Assembly (NCBI RefSeq): GCF_039654945.1
Contig: NW_027361869.1
Coordinates: 7,688,001 to 7,752,000 of the forward strand
Source: Dendrobates tinctorius
Taxonomy: Eukaryota
Direction: 5' to 3'
Length of the DNA stretch: 64,000 nucleotides
In this document: in pieces, positions 24,263 through 37,700 of the stretch
How the letters are laid out: each line of letters opens with the position of its first letter
Numbering within the stretch: the stretch's first letter is position 1
Notes under the pieces: model-generated
What the model was told of the DNA's origin: nothing
Seen by the model: the letters and a program-made list of their open reading frames with translations, nothing else
Database searches by the model: none
Made by a program: the position numbers and the translations under genes

Positions 24263-27200
24263 ACCCACACCGTCGCCACAAGAGCTGACGCCGCTGATCT
24301 CTGCGTGCTCACATGGGACTGACGTTAGACACCACGGGCTGCCGCCACCAGTTTGTAGGTTGGTGCCCATACACACTTGATTCCGGGGTTCAACACAAAA
24401 CACTGAGGATGCCCATGTCTGGGTTATCACATGAAGCCTCAGACCTGTGTGGGGAGAGGAGTCCTCGAATAATCACAGGAAATGTCCCTCATTAGTGAAT
24501 GTCTTGATACTCGGGCCCCTGACTCCGCTGTGGAGATTACATGCGGTTATCACGTCCCGGAGTATCGGGGGATGGCGGCCGGTGATTGTCCACATCAGTG
24601 ACTGCTGCTCCTCCCGGAGGGCGATCCCGTGATGGTGGCTCTGGAGGGCCGGACTCTGCGCGGTTCTCTGTGTGACCGGATTGTGATGTCCGCTAATAAT
24701 CCTCGGCGGAAGAAGAGCGGGAAGTTCAAATCCCCAAACGGATCCTGCGATCAGACAATGAGCGGGAATCCTCGGTTAAGCGCCGCCCTCAGCCTTCAGC
24801 GATGTACATAGACGCCTTTCCTCCTCTGTTTAACCTCTTACTTGCCTTGTTCCTGCTGATCCCCTCTTATTTACCAGTGTTCATAGATGCGCCACCTTCA
24901 TCTCACATCGGGCTCCTCGAGAACATCTGCTGCTTATAGCCCCCTGTAATCAGTGCAGAAACAGCTGGGAGTCCCGATAATACTGTAAGTGACTGAGGAG
25001 ATTGCGGCACGTGCAGATCGAGCTAATTGCCATCATTGGTGAAAAGTCCTAGAGCTACACAGAGGGTTAACCCCACATTAGTGTAGTGTAATTATCCGCA
25101 GGTTCACTGAACAAATATTATGTAACAGAAGAAAATTAATTAAGCCAATAAACCACAAATCCTCCTGCTTTTCTGTAATTACTAAAAAAAAAAAAGCACA
25201 GATGAAAACCTATGTACTGATGGGGGAGCGTGATAGGCGACGCGCTGGTTCCAGCATCAATGTGCTCTCCATCCGCATGCCATACTCCATACCCCGTCCC
25301 CCATTTTTGGCCTGTATGATCAGTGCCACCACTTCACCCCTGCAGAGTTCTATAATGAGTGCCACCACCTCGTCCCTGCTGACCTGTATGTTCAGTGCCA
25401 CCACCTTTTCCCTGCAGAGCTGTATGTTCAGTGCCACCACCTTTACATGCAGAGCTGTATGATCAGTGCCACCACCTTTTCGCCGCAGAACTGTATAATC
25501 AGTGCCACCACATTGTCAACGCAAGCTGTATGATCAGTGCCACCACCTACTCCTTGCAGAGCTGTATGATCAGTGCCACCACCTAATCCCTGCAGAGCTT
25601 TTTGATCAGTGCCACCACGTCATCCCCTCAGGGCTACCTGATTAGTGCCACCACCTTGTACACGCAAAGCTGTCTGATCAGTGCCACCACCTTGTCCACG
25701 AAAAGTTGCATGATCAGTGCCACCACCTCGTCTCTGCAGACCTGTATGATCAGTGCCACTACATCATCCCTGCAGAGCTTTATGATCAGTACCACCATCT
25801 TGTCCCAGCAGAGCTGTACGATCAGTGCCACCACCTATTCCCTGCAGAGCTGTATGATCAGTGCCACCACCTCCTCCCTGCAGAGCTGTATGATCAGTGC
25901 CACAACCTCATCCCTGCAAACCAGTATGTTTAGTGCCACAACCTCCTCCCTGTAGAGCTGTCTGATCAGTGCCACCACCTTGTCCGCGCTGAGCTGTATG
26001 TTCAATAACACCACCTTTTCCCTGCAGACCTGTGTGATCAGTGCCACCACCTTGTCGCCGCAGAACTGTATAATCAGTGCCACCACCTTGTCGCCGCAGA
26101 GGTGTATGATCAGCGTCACCAACTTTTCCCTGAAGAGCTGTATGATCAGTGCCACCACCTCATCCCTGCAGGGCTGTATGATCTGTGCTACTGAAACATC
26201 CCTGCAGAGCTGTATGATCGGTGCCACTACCTCATCCCTGCAGAACTGCATGATCAGTGCCACGACCTCATCACTGCAGAGCTGTATGATCAGTGCCAAC
26301 ATCTTGTCCCCACAAAGCTGTATCATAAGTGCCACCACTTTGTCCGAGCAGAGCTGTATGATCAGTGCCATCAAATTATCCCGGGAGAGCTCTATTATCA
26401 GTGCCACCACCTACTCCCTGCAGAGCTGTATGATCAGTGCCACCATCTCCTCCCTGCAAATCTGTATAATCAGTGCCACCACCTCCTCTCTGCAGAGCTG
26501 TATGATCTGTGCCACCACCACATCCCTGCAAACCAGTATGTTCAGTGCGACAACCTCCTCCCTGCAGAGCTGTATAATCAGTGCCACCACCTTGTCTCTG
26601 CAGAGCTGTATGATTAGTGCCACCACCTGGTCCTTGCAGAGCTGTATGATCAGTAACACCACCTTGTCGCCGCAGAGGTGTATGATCAGTGCCACCACCT
26701 CATCCCTGCAGGCTGTATGATCTGTGCTACTGAATCATACCTGCAGAGCTGTATGATCGGTGTCACTACCTCATCCCTGCAGAACTGCATGATCAGTGCC
26801 ACCACCTTGTCCCCACAAAGCTGTATCATAAGTGCCACCACTTTGTGCGAGCAGAGCTGTATGATCAGTGTCACCAACTTTTCCCTGCAGAGCTGTATGA
26901 TCAGTGCCATCACCTCATCCCTACAGGGCTGTATGATCTGTTCTACTGAATCATCCCTGCAGAGCTGTATGATCGGTGCCACTACATCATCCCTGCAGAA
27001 CTGCATAATCAGTGCCACGACCTCGTCACTGCAGAGCTGTATGATTAGTACCACCACCTTGTGGCCGCAGAGGTGTATGATCAGTGCCACCACCTCCTCC
27101 CTGCAGAGCTGTATGATCAGTACCACCACCTTGTCCCCTCAGAGCTGTATGATCAGTGCCACAACCTCATCCCTGCAGAACCGCATGATCAGTGCCTCCA

Positions 27201-30054
27201 ACTTATCCCGAAAGAGATATATAATCAGTGCAACCACATTGTCCCCGCAAAGCTGTATGATCAGTGCCAACACCTCATCCTTGCAGAGCTGTTTGATCAG
27301 TGCCACCAACTCCTCCCTGCAGAGCTGCAAGATCATTGCCACCATCTTATCCACACAGAGCTGTATGATCAGTGCCACCACCTCCTCCCTGCAGAGCTGT
27401 ATGATCAATGCCACCACCTCCTCCCCGCAGAACTGTATGATCAGTGCCACCACCTCATCCCTGCAGAGCTTTAAGATCAGTGACTCAACCTTGTCCCTGC
27501 AGAGACTTATGATCAGTGCAACCACCTCATCCTTGCAGAACTGTATCTTCAGTGCCACCACCTCACCCCTGCAGAGCTGTATAATCAGTGCCACTACCTC
27601 ATCCCGGCAAACAAGTATTTTCAGTGCCACCACCTCCTTCCTGTAGAGCTGTCTGATCAGTGCCACCACCTTGTCTGCGCTGAGCTGTATAATCAGTGCC
27701 ACCACCTCTTCCCTGCAGAGCAGTATGATTAGTACCTCCACCTCATCCTTGCAAAGCTATAAGATCAGAGCCACCACCTTGTCCATGCTGAGCTATATGT
27801 TCAGTGCCACCACCTTGTCCCCGCAAAGCTGTATCATAAGTGCCACCACTTTGTCCGAGCAGAGATGTATGATCAGTGCTATCAAATTGTCCACACAGAG
27901 CTGTATGATCAGTGCCACCACCTCCTCTCTGCAGAGCTGTATGATCAGTGCCACAACCTCATCCTTGCAGAACCACATGATCAGTGCCTCCAACTTATCC
28001 CTAAAGAGATGTATAATCAGTACAACCACATTGTCCCCGTAAAGATGTATGATCAGTGCCACCACCTTGTCTGCGCAAGGCTGTGATCAGTGCAACCACA
28101 TTGTCCCCGCAAAGCTGTATGATCAGTGCCAACACCTCATCCTTGCAGATCTGTATGATAAGTGTCACCTCCTCTTCCCTGCAGAGCTGTATGATCAGTG
28201 CCACCAACTCCTCCCTGCAGAGCTGTATGATCAGTGCCACCATCTTAGCCACACAGAGCTGTATTATCAGTGCCACAACCTACTCCCTGCAGAGCTGTGT
28301 GATCAGTGCCACCACCTCCTCCCTGCAGAACTGTATGATCAGTGCCACCACTTCATCCATGCAGAGCTGTAAGATCAGTGACACAACCTTGTCCCTGCAG
28401 AGCCTTATGATCAGTGCCACCGCCTCCTCCCCAAAGAGCTGTATGATCAGTGCAACCACCTCATCCCTGCAGAGCTGTATCGTCAGTGCCACCACCTCAT
28501 CCCTGCAGAGCTGTATGATCAGTGCCACTACCTCATCCCTGTAAACAAGTATGTTCAGTGCCACCACCTCCTCCCTGTAGAGCTGTATGATCATTGCCAC
28601 CATCTTATCCACACAGAGCTGTATGATCAGTGCCACCACCTCCTCCCTGCAGAGCTGTATGATCATTGCCACCATCTTATCCACACAGAGCTGTATGATC
28701 AGTGCCACCACCTCCTCCCTGCAGAACTGTATGAACAGTGCCACCACCTCATCCCTGCAGAGCTTTAAGATTATTGACACAACCTTGTCTCTGCAGATCC
28801 TTATGATCAGTGCAACCAACTCATCCCTGCAGACCTGTATCTTCAGTGCCGCCACCTCATCCCTGCAGAGCTGTATAATCAGTGCCACTACCTCATCCCG
28901 GCAAACAAGTATGTTCAGTGCCACCACCTCCTCCCTGTAGAGCTGTCTGATCAGTGCCACCACCTTGTCCGCGCTGAGCTGTATGATCAGTGCCACCACC
29001 TCCTCCCTGCAGAGCTGTATGATCATTGCCACCATCTTATCCACACAGAACTGTATGATCAGTGCCACCACCTCCTCCCTGCAGAACTGTATGAACAGTG
29101 CCACCACCTCATCCCTGCAGAGATTTAAGATTATTGACACAACCTTGTCTCTGCAGATCCTTATGATCAGTGCAACCAACTCATCCCTGCAGACCTGTAT
29201 CTTCAGTGCCGCCACCTCATCCCTGCAGAGCTGTATAATCAGTGCCACTACCTCATCCCGGCAAACAAGTATGTTCAGTGCCACCACCTCCTCCCTGTAG
29301 AGCTGTCTGATCAGTGCCACCACCTTGTCCGCGCTGAGCTGTATGATCAGTGCCACCACCTCCTCCCTGCAGAGCTGTATGATCATTGCCACCATCTTAT
29401 CCACACAGAGCTGTATGATCAGTGCCACCACCTCCTCCCTGCAGAACTGTATGAACAGTGCCACCACCTCATCCCTGCAGAGCTTTAAGATTATTGACAC
29501 AACCTTGTCTCTGCAGATCCTTATGATCAGTGCAACCAACTCATCCCTGCAGACCTGTATCTTCAGTGCCGCCACCTCATCCCTGCAGAGCTGTATAATC
29601 AGTGCCACTACCTCATCCCGGCAAACAAGTATGTTCAGTGCCACCACCTCCTCCCTGTAGAGCTGTCTCATCAGTGCCACCACCTTGTCCGCGCTGAGCT
29701 GTATGTTCAGTGCCACCACCTTTCCATGCAGAGCTGTATGATCAGTGTCAACACCTTGTCGCCGCAGAACTGTATAATCAGTGCCACCATATTGCCACCG
29801 CAAAGCTGTATGATCAGTGCCACCACCTAGTCCCCGCTGAGCTGTATGTTCAGTGCCACCACCTTTTCCCTGCAGAGCTGTTTGTTCAGTGCCACCACCT
29901 TTCCATGCAGAGCTGTATGATCAGTGTCACCACCTTGTCGCCTCAGAACTGTATAATCAGTGCCACCACATTGCCACCGCAAAGCTGTATGATCAGTGCC
30001 ACCACCTAGTCCCCGCAGAGCTGTATGATCAGTGCCACCGCCTACTCCTTGCAG

Positions 30055-30381
30055 GCGTATCTATCCACCTGACGAAGGAGATTTATTTCCGAAACGCCCG
30101 TCGGGGCATGTTCTTATACAACTCACATAGCGTCAATCGGCTTACAGGTATTTTACACTTTGTGTTTTGTTGCACACGCCTTAGTGCGATTTGAATTTTT
30201 TGCACAGCTGCACCTCTGCACTTTGGGCACATTCATTATACATATATTTATTTTCTTTTTATGTAATTATCCTTGTGTCACTATATATATGCATTTTTGT
30301 ACCTGGTTCATTAATTAAGCCTTTTTGATATGGATTGGTTTTTCCATTATCCATAAACACATGGCTAATGTGATTGGATAC

Positions 30382-30439
<58 letters not shown>

Positions 30440-30620
30440 TTTTTTTTTTTTTTTTTTTATGCACTTAATTGTTGTGTCAATATTTTAATAAAGGCATCTT
30501 TATTTAAAAAAATAAAAATTGTGCCATTTATTATTATCATTGTTATTATTTTTATCATTCATGTAGCATCTTTTTTATCCTGTGGGATTTCTCATTCCCA
30601 TCCATCTTTGAGTTATTTTT
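30055..30620 (+). mobile_element. 566-bp insertion, probable Penelope-like pLTR or retrozyme fragment
   Basis: Flanked by 9-bp direct repeat TCCTTGCAG (30046-30054, 30621-30629); hammerhead-like core; (TA)n and poly-T at 30386-30458; AATAAA motifs. Confidence 0.6.
30062..30110 (+). ncRNA. Minimal hammerhead ribozyme-like motif
   Basis: CTGACGA-A-GGAGA(ttta)TTTCC-GAAAC-gccc-GTC; stem I is imperfect. Confidence 0.55.
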
Positions 30621-33600
30621 TCCTTGCAGAACTGTATGATCAGTGCCACCACGTCCTCCGCTCAGGGCTACATGATCAGTGCCACCACCTTGTCCACGCA
30701 AAGCTGTATGATCAGTGCCACCACCTCATCCCTGCAGAGCTTTATGATTAGTGCCACCATCTTGTCCCCGCAGAGCTGTATGATCAGTGCCACCACCTCC
30801 TCCCTGCAGAGCTGTATGATTAGTACCTCCACCTAATCCTTGTAGAGCTTTAAGATCAGAGCCACCACCTTGTCCACGCTGAGCTATATGTTCAGTGCCA
30901 CCACCTTGTCCCCGCAAAGCTGTATCATAAGTGCCACTACTTTGTCCGAGCAGAGCTGTATGATCAGTGCCATCAAATTGTCCACACAGAGCTGTATGAT
31001 CAGTGCCACCATCTCCTCCCTGTAAAGCTGTATAATCAGTGCCACCACCTCCTCTCTGCAGAGCTGTATGATCAGTGCCACCACCTCACCCCTGCAGAGC
31101 TTTATGATCAGTGCCACCACCTGGTCCTTGCAGAGCTGTATGATCAGTACCACCACCTTGTCGCCACAGAGGTGTATGATCAGTGTCACCAACTTTTCCC
31201 TGCAGAGCTGTATGATCAGTGCCACCACTTCATCCCTGCAGGGCTGTATGATCTGTGCTACTGAATCATCCCTGCAGAACTGCATGATCAGTGCCACGAC
31301 CTCGTCACTGCAGAGCTGTATGATCAGTGCCACCACCTTGTCCCAACAAAGCTGTATCATAAGTGCCAACACTTTGTCCGAGCAGAGCTGTATGATCAGT
31401 GCCATCAAATTGTCCCGGGAGAGCTGTATGATCAGTGCCACCACCTACTCCCTGCAGAGCTGTATGATCAGTGCCACCATCTCCTCCCTGCAAAGCTGTA
31501 TAATCAGTGCCACCACCTCCTCCCTGCAAAGCAGTATGATTAGTGCCACCACCTCGTTACTGCTGAACTTTATGATCAGTGCCACCGCCTATTCCCTTCA
31601 GAGCTGTATGATCAGTGCCACCACCTCCTCCCTGCAGAGCTGTATGATCAGTACCAGCACCTTGTCGCCACAGACGTGTATAATCAGTGTCACCACCTTG
31701 TCCCCGCAGAGGTGTATGATCAGTGCCACCTCCTCGTCCCTGTAGAGCTGTATGATCTGAGCCACTATCTCATCCCTGCAGACCTGTATGATCAGTGCCA
31801 CCACATCATCCCTGCAGAGCTTTATGATCAGTGCCACCATCTTGTCCCCGCAGAGCTGTATGATCAGTACCACCACCTTGTTGCTGCAGAGGTGTATGAT
31901 CAGTGCCACCACCTCCTCCCTGCAGAGCTGTATGATCAGTACCAGCACCTTGTCGCCACAGACGTGTATAATCAGTGTCACCACCTTGTCCCCGCAGAGG
32001 TGTATGATCAGTGCCACCACCTCCTCTCTGCAGAGCTGTATGATCAGTGCCACCACCTCATCCCTGCAGAGCTTTATGATCAGTGCCACCACCTGGTCCT
32101 TGCAGAGCTGTATGATCAGTACCATCACCTTGTCGCCACAAAGGTGTATGATCAGTGTCACCAACTTTTCCCTGCAGAGCTGTATGATCAGTGCCACCCT
32201 TTCATCCCTGCAGGGCTGTATGATCTGTGCTACTGAATCATCCCTGCAGAACTGCATGATCATTGCCACAACCTCGTCACTGCAGAGCTGTATGATCAGT
32301 GCCACCACCTTGTAGCCGCAGAACTGTATAATCAGTGCCACCACCTTGTCACCACAAAGTTGTATGATCAGTGCCACCAGTTGGTCAGCACAGAGCTGTA
32401 AGATCAGTGCCACCGCCTACTCCTTGCAGAGCTGTATGATCATTGCCACCACCTAATCCCTGCAGAGCTATTTGATCAGTCCACCACGTCATCCCCTCAG
32501 AGCTATATGATCAGTGCCACCACCTTGTCCACGCAAAGCTGTATGATCAGTGCCACCACCTCCTCCCTGCAAAGCAGTATGATTAGTGCCACCAACTCGT
32601 CACTGCAGAACTTTATGATCAGTGCCACCACCTATTCCCTTCAGAGCTGTATGATCAGTGCCACCACCTCCTCTCTGCAGAGCTGTATGATCAGTACCAC
32701 CACCTTGTCGCCGCAGAGGTATATTATCAGTGTCACCACCTTGTCCCCGCAGAGCTGTATGATCAGTGCCACATCCTCATCCCTGCAGAGCTGTGTGATC
32801 TGTGCCACTACCTCATCCCTTCAGAGCTGTATGATCAGTGCCACTAACTCATACCTGCAGAGCTGTATGATCAGTGCCACAACCTCATCCCTGCATAACT
32901 GCATGATCAGTGCCTCCAACTTATCCCTAAAGAGATGTATAATGAGTGCAACCACATTGTCCCCGCAAAGCTGTATGATCAGTGCCAACACCTCGTCCTT
33001 GCAGAGCTGTATGATCAGTGTCACCACCTCTTCCCTGCAGAGCTGCATTATCAGTGCCACCATCTTATCCACACAGAGCTGAATGATCAATGCCACCACA
33101 TACTCCCTGCCGAGCTGTAAGATCAGTGACACAACCTTGTCCCCACAGAGCTGTATGATCATTGCAACCACCTCATCCCTGCAGAGCTGAATCTTCAGTG
33201 CCACCACCTCATACCTGCAGAGCTGTATGATCAGAGCCACTACCTTATCCCTGCAAACCAGGATGTTCAGTGCCAAAACCTCCTCCCTGTAGAGCTGTCT
33301 GATCAGTGCCACCACCTTGTCCGTGCTGAGCTGTATGTTCAGTGTCACCTCCTTTTCCCTTCAGACCTGTATGATCAGTGCCACCACCTTGTCACCGCAG
33401 AACTGTATAATCAGTGCCATCACCTTGTCACCGCAAAGTTGCATGATCAGTGCCACCAGTTGGTCAGCACAGAGCTGTATGATCAGTGCCACCACCTCCT
33501 CCCTGTAGAGCTGTCTGATCAGTGCCACCACCTTGTCCGCGCTGAGCTGTATGTTCAGTGTCACCTCCTTTTCCCTTCAGACCTGTATGATCAGTGCCAG

Positions 33601-33821
33601 CACCTTGTCACCGCAGAACTGTATAATCAGTGCCATCACCTTGTCACCGCAAAGTTGCATGATCAGTGCCACCAGTTGGTCAGCACAGAGCTGTATGATC
33701 AGTGCCACCAACTCCTCCCTGCAGAGCTGTATGATCAGTGCCACCAACTCCTCCCTGCAGAACTGCATGATCAGTGCCACCACCTCGTCACTACAGAGCT
33801 GTATGATCAGTCCACCATCTT

Positions 33822-33964
33822 GGCTGTTTGAGGACACAAATCTGTGCGCGATCCACGCTAAGAGGGTCACCATCATGCCCAAAGATATCCAGCTAGCCCG
33901 CTGGATCCGTGGGGAGAGAGCTTAGATCTGTCCTGCTCACCTGACTGCAACACAAAGGCTCTTT
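33822..33964 (+). pseudogene. H3: H3 3' relic, copy 2
   Basis: Same as 66-208. Confidence 0.92.
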
Positions 33965-34163
33965 CCAGCATCAATGTGCTCTCCATCTGCATGTTATACC
34001 CCGTCCCCCATTTTTTTCCTGTATGATCAGTGCCACCTCCTCCTCCCCCGCAGAGCTGTATGATCAGTGCCACCACTTCATCCCTGCAGAGTTCTATAAT
34101 GAGTGCCACCACCTCGTCCCTGCTGACCTGTATGATCGGTGCCACCACCTCGTCCCTGCAGAG

Positions 34164-34413
34164 TTCTTCAGTGTTTTGTTCTCTGGCTCCACTTCATTTC
34201 CTCTTCCTCTTGCTGTCTGGGTACCTCAGGGCTCAGTCCTTGGCCCCCATCTCTTCTCTCTCTATACAGCCCCAATTGGACAGACCATCAGCAAATTTGG
34301 CTTTCGGTACCATCTTTATGCTGATGACACACAACTGTATACGTCTTCCCCCGACCTTACCCCTCTGTAATACAGAACGCCAGTGACTGTCTGTCCGCAG
34401 TCTCCAATATCAT
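34164..34413 (+). mobile_element. L2/CR1-group RT fragment, copy 2
   Basis: Same as 408-657. Confidence 0.85.
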
Positions 34414-34718
34414 CAGAACCGTATGATCAGTGCCACCATCTATTCCCTGCAGAGCAGTATGACCAGTACTGCCAACACATCCCTGCAAAGCTGTATGATC
34501 TGTACCACCACCTAGTCGCCACAAAGAAGTATGATCAGTGCCACCACCTCGCCCCTGCAGAGCTGTATGATTACTGCCACTGCCTCATCCCTGCAGAGCT
34601 GTATGATCAGTGCCACAACCTCATCCCTGCAGAAATGGATGATCAGTGCCTCCAACTTATCCCTAAAGAGATGTATAATCAGTGCAACCACATTGTCCCC
34701 GTAACGATGTATGATCAG

Positions 34719-37700
34719 TAGAGTTGAGCGATACCAGCCGATACTTGAAAATATCGGATCGGAATGGATCGGCCGATCTTTAAAAAAAGTATCGGTATCG
34801 CCGATTCCGATACCGGGAACCAATGCAAGTCAATGGGGCCAAAATATCGGAATTAAAAAAAACCCTTTCTTTCCTTGTAGGTTAATTCTACATGAAGAAA
34901 AACAACTAAGAATAATGTAGAATGTATTGTGGGAGGTGGAGGAGACATTAAAGCCATAGAGGTTTAGCCCAATCAAATGGAATAGCAGGAATTAAACTTT
35001 TTTTTTAAAGATGTTAGGAGTTACAAAGATATTGACTATGTTAGCCTCATTTATATTTTGCCAGACATGTATGTCTTCTTCTTCTACTTCCTTTTTTTAC
35101 ATTCTTCTTCTTCTTCTTCTACTTCCTTTTTTTACATTCTTCTTCTTCTTCTTCTACTTCCTTTTTTTACATTCTTCTTCTTCTTCTTCTACTTCCTTTT
35201 TTTACATTCTTCTTCTTATTCCTTTTTTTACATTCTTCTTCTTCNNNNNNNNNNNNNNNNNNNNNNNNNNNNNNNNNNNNNNNNNNNNNNNNNNNNNNNN
35301 NNNNNNNNNNNNNNNNNNNNNNNNNNNNNNNNNNNNNNNNNNNNNNNNNNNNNNNNNNNNNNNNNNNNNNNNNNNNNNNNNNNNNNNNNNNNNTCTTCTT
35401 ATTCAACAATTATTATTCTACATATTCAGCTTCTTCATCTTCTTCCTATTCTTCTTCATCATATTCTTGTTTGTGTCAGGCATTCCTGTAGTTGTTATCT
35501 AGAAAAGTTAGAAGTTTACACCTTCCGTTGTGCCTGTCACAAAAGATTTACAACAGGATTTGTCCGCGTTCAGTTTGGCCTGCAGCAGCAGGCCTTTTCC
35601 AGGGGCACCACGAGGAGGAACGGACTCACCCCCATACACTGCTTAGTCTTCTTCTGCTTATAAATAAGATAATATCATTTGCTCAGAGTATTAGTCTTAT
35701 GCTTAATGTTCTTCTGCTTTGTTTTTTTTATGCTTCTTTGTCTTCTCTCTCTTGTTGTTCTGCATCTTGGTGGTTGTCTTCCTGTTCTTTGTCCTCTTGA
35801 ACCAGCTGACGGTACTGGCACCCGGAGGGGCAGCAGAAGGAACAAGAGCCAATGGCACTACCGAGGACCAGCTGACGGTGCTGGAACCCGATTACTAAGC
35901 AGGAGGTACCTGTGCTACAAAGCACTACCAAGGACCAGCAGACGTTGCCGGAACTCGGATACCGAGATGGAGGCACCTAGGCCAAAGGCTCTGACGAGAA
36001 CCAGCTGACGGTGCTGGAACCCGGAGGGTTGGCAGAAGCTGCAAAAGCAAATGGAAATAGCGAGGACCAGCTGACAGTGCTGGCACCCGGAGGGGCAGCA
36101 GAAGGAATAAGAGCCAATGGCACAACCGAGGACCAGCTGACGGTGCTGGAACCCGATTACTAAGCAGGAGGTACCTGTGCTACAAAGCACTACCAAGGAC
36201 CAGCAGACGTTGCCGGAACTCGGATACCGAGATGGGGGCACCTAGGCCAAAGGCTCTGACGAGAACCAGCTGACGGTGCTGGAACCCGGAGGGGTAGCAT
36301 AAGCTGCAAGAGCAAATGGAAATAGCGAGGACCAGCTGACAGTGCTGGCACCCGGAGGGGCAGCAGAAGGAATAAGAGCCAATGGCACAACCGAGGACCA
36401 GCTGACGGTGCTGGAACCCGGTTACTAAGCAGGAGGTACCTGTGCTACAAAGCACTACCAAGGACCAGCAGACGTTGCCGGAACTCGGATACCGAGATGG
36501 AGGCACCTAGGCCAAAGGCTCTGACGAGAACCAGCTGACGGTGCTGGAACCCGGAGGGGTAGCATAAGCTGCAAGAGCAAATGGAAATAGCGAGGACCAG
36601 CTGACAGTGCTGGCACCTGGAGGGGCAGCAGAAGGAATAAGAGCCAATGGCACAACCGAGGACCAGCTGACGGTGCTGGAACCCGGTTACTAAGCAGGAG
36701 GTACCTGTGCTACAAAGCACTACCAAGGACCAGCAGACGTTGCCGGAACTCGGATACCGAGATGGAGGCACCTAGGCCAAAGGCTCTGACGAGAACCAGC
36801 TGACGGTGCTGGAACCCGGAGGGGTAGCATAAGCTGCAAGAGCAAATGGAAATAGCGAGGACCAGCTGACAGTGCTGGCACCCGGAGGGGCAGCAGAAGG
36901 AATAAGAGCCAATGGCACAACTGAGGACCAGCTGACGGTGCTGGAACCCGGTTACTAAGCAGGAGGTACCTGTGCTACAAAGCACTACCAAGGACCAGCA
37001 GACGTTGCCGGAACTCGGATACCGAGATGGAGGCACCTAGGCCAAAGGCTCTGATGAGAACCAGCTGACGGTGCTGGAACCCGGAGGGGTATCAGAAGTT
37101 ACCCCTGAAAAGCAAAGTTGGCATGCCGCAAGCTGGCCGCAGTTACCGAATCACACAGTCCTACAGGGGGTGCTTGTCCTACTGGCACTATGGAACAAAC
37201 CTTTCTTACCAGAACCCAAAGTCCACATAGGAAGCACCTAAACTGCTGGCACCCTAGCCTCGGCTAACCCAACCGCAACACGACATGGCAACTTGGGGTG
37301 GCAAACTGACATTGACACTTCCCGGAAACAGCAGGCAGGGCTGGAACCAAGCTGGGCAGGAGGGAGTACCCGTGCCAAAGTCAGTTATGAGCAGCAACTG
37401 GCGATGTTGGAGCCCAGGACAAGCACTTAGCAGGCTGAGGCCTGATGTGCTGTCAATTGGGAGGCAGCAGGACAGATTGCCATCAAAACAGCAGGGGAAC
37501 AGCTGACGTTACTGAACCCCACAAACACAGGAGCTAGTGTTTTACTCTGTGAAGACGGCACTTCCGAGCAACAACTGGCTGTGTTAAAGCCCAGGGACAA
37601 GCACGGAGCAGGCTTAGGCTGCATTGAAGAAATTTTAAGATCGGTTGTAGACTACTAATTTGAACCAAGCTCCACTTAGGCCTGTGGCTTCACTGATTTT

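Larger units (their letters stand above)
25313..33821 (+). repeat. 36-bp satellite array (~220 monomers), interrupted at 30055-30620
   Basis: Head-to-tail monomers with local higher-order repeats. Confidence 0.96.
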
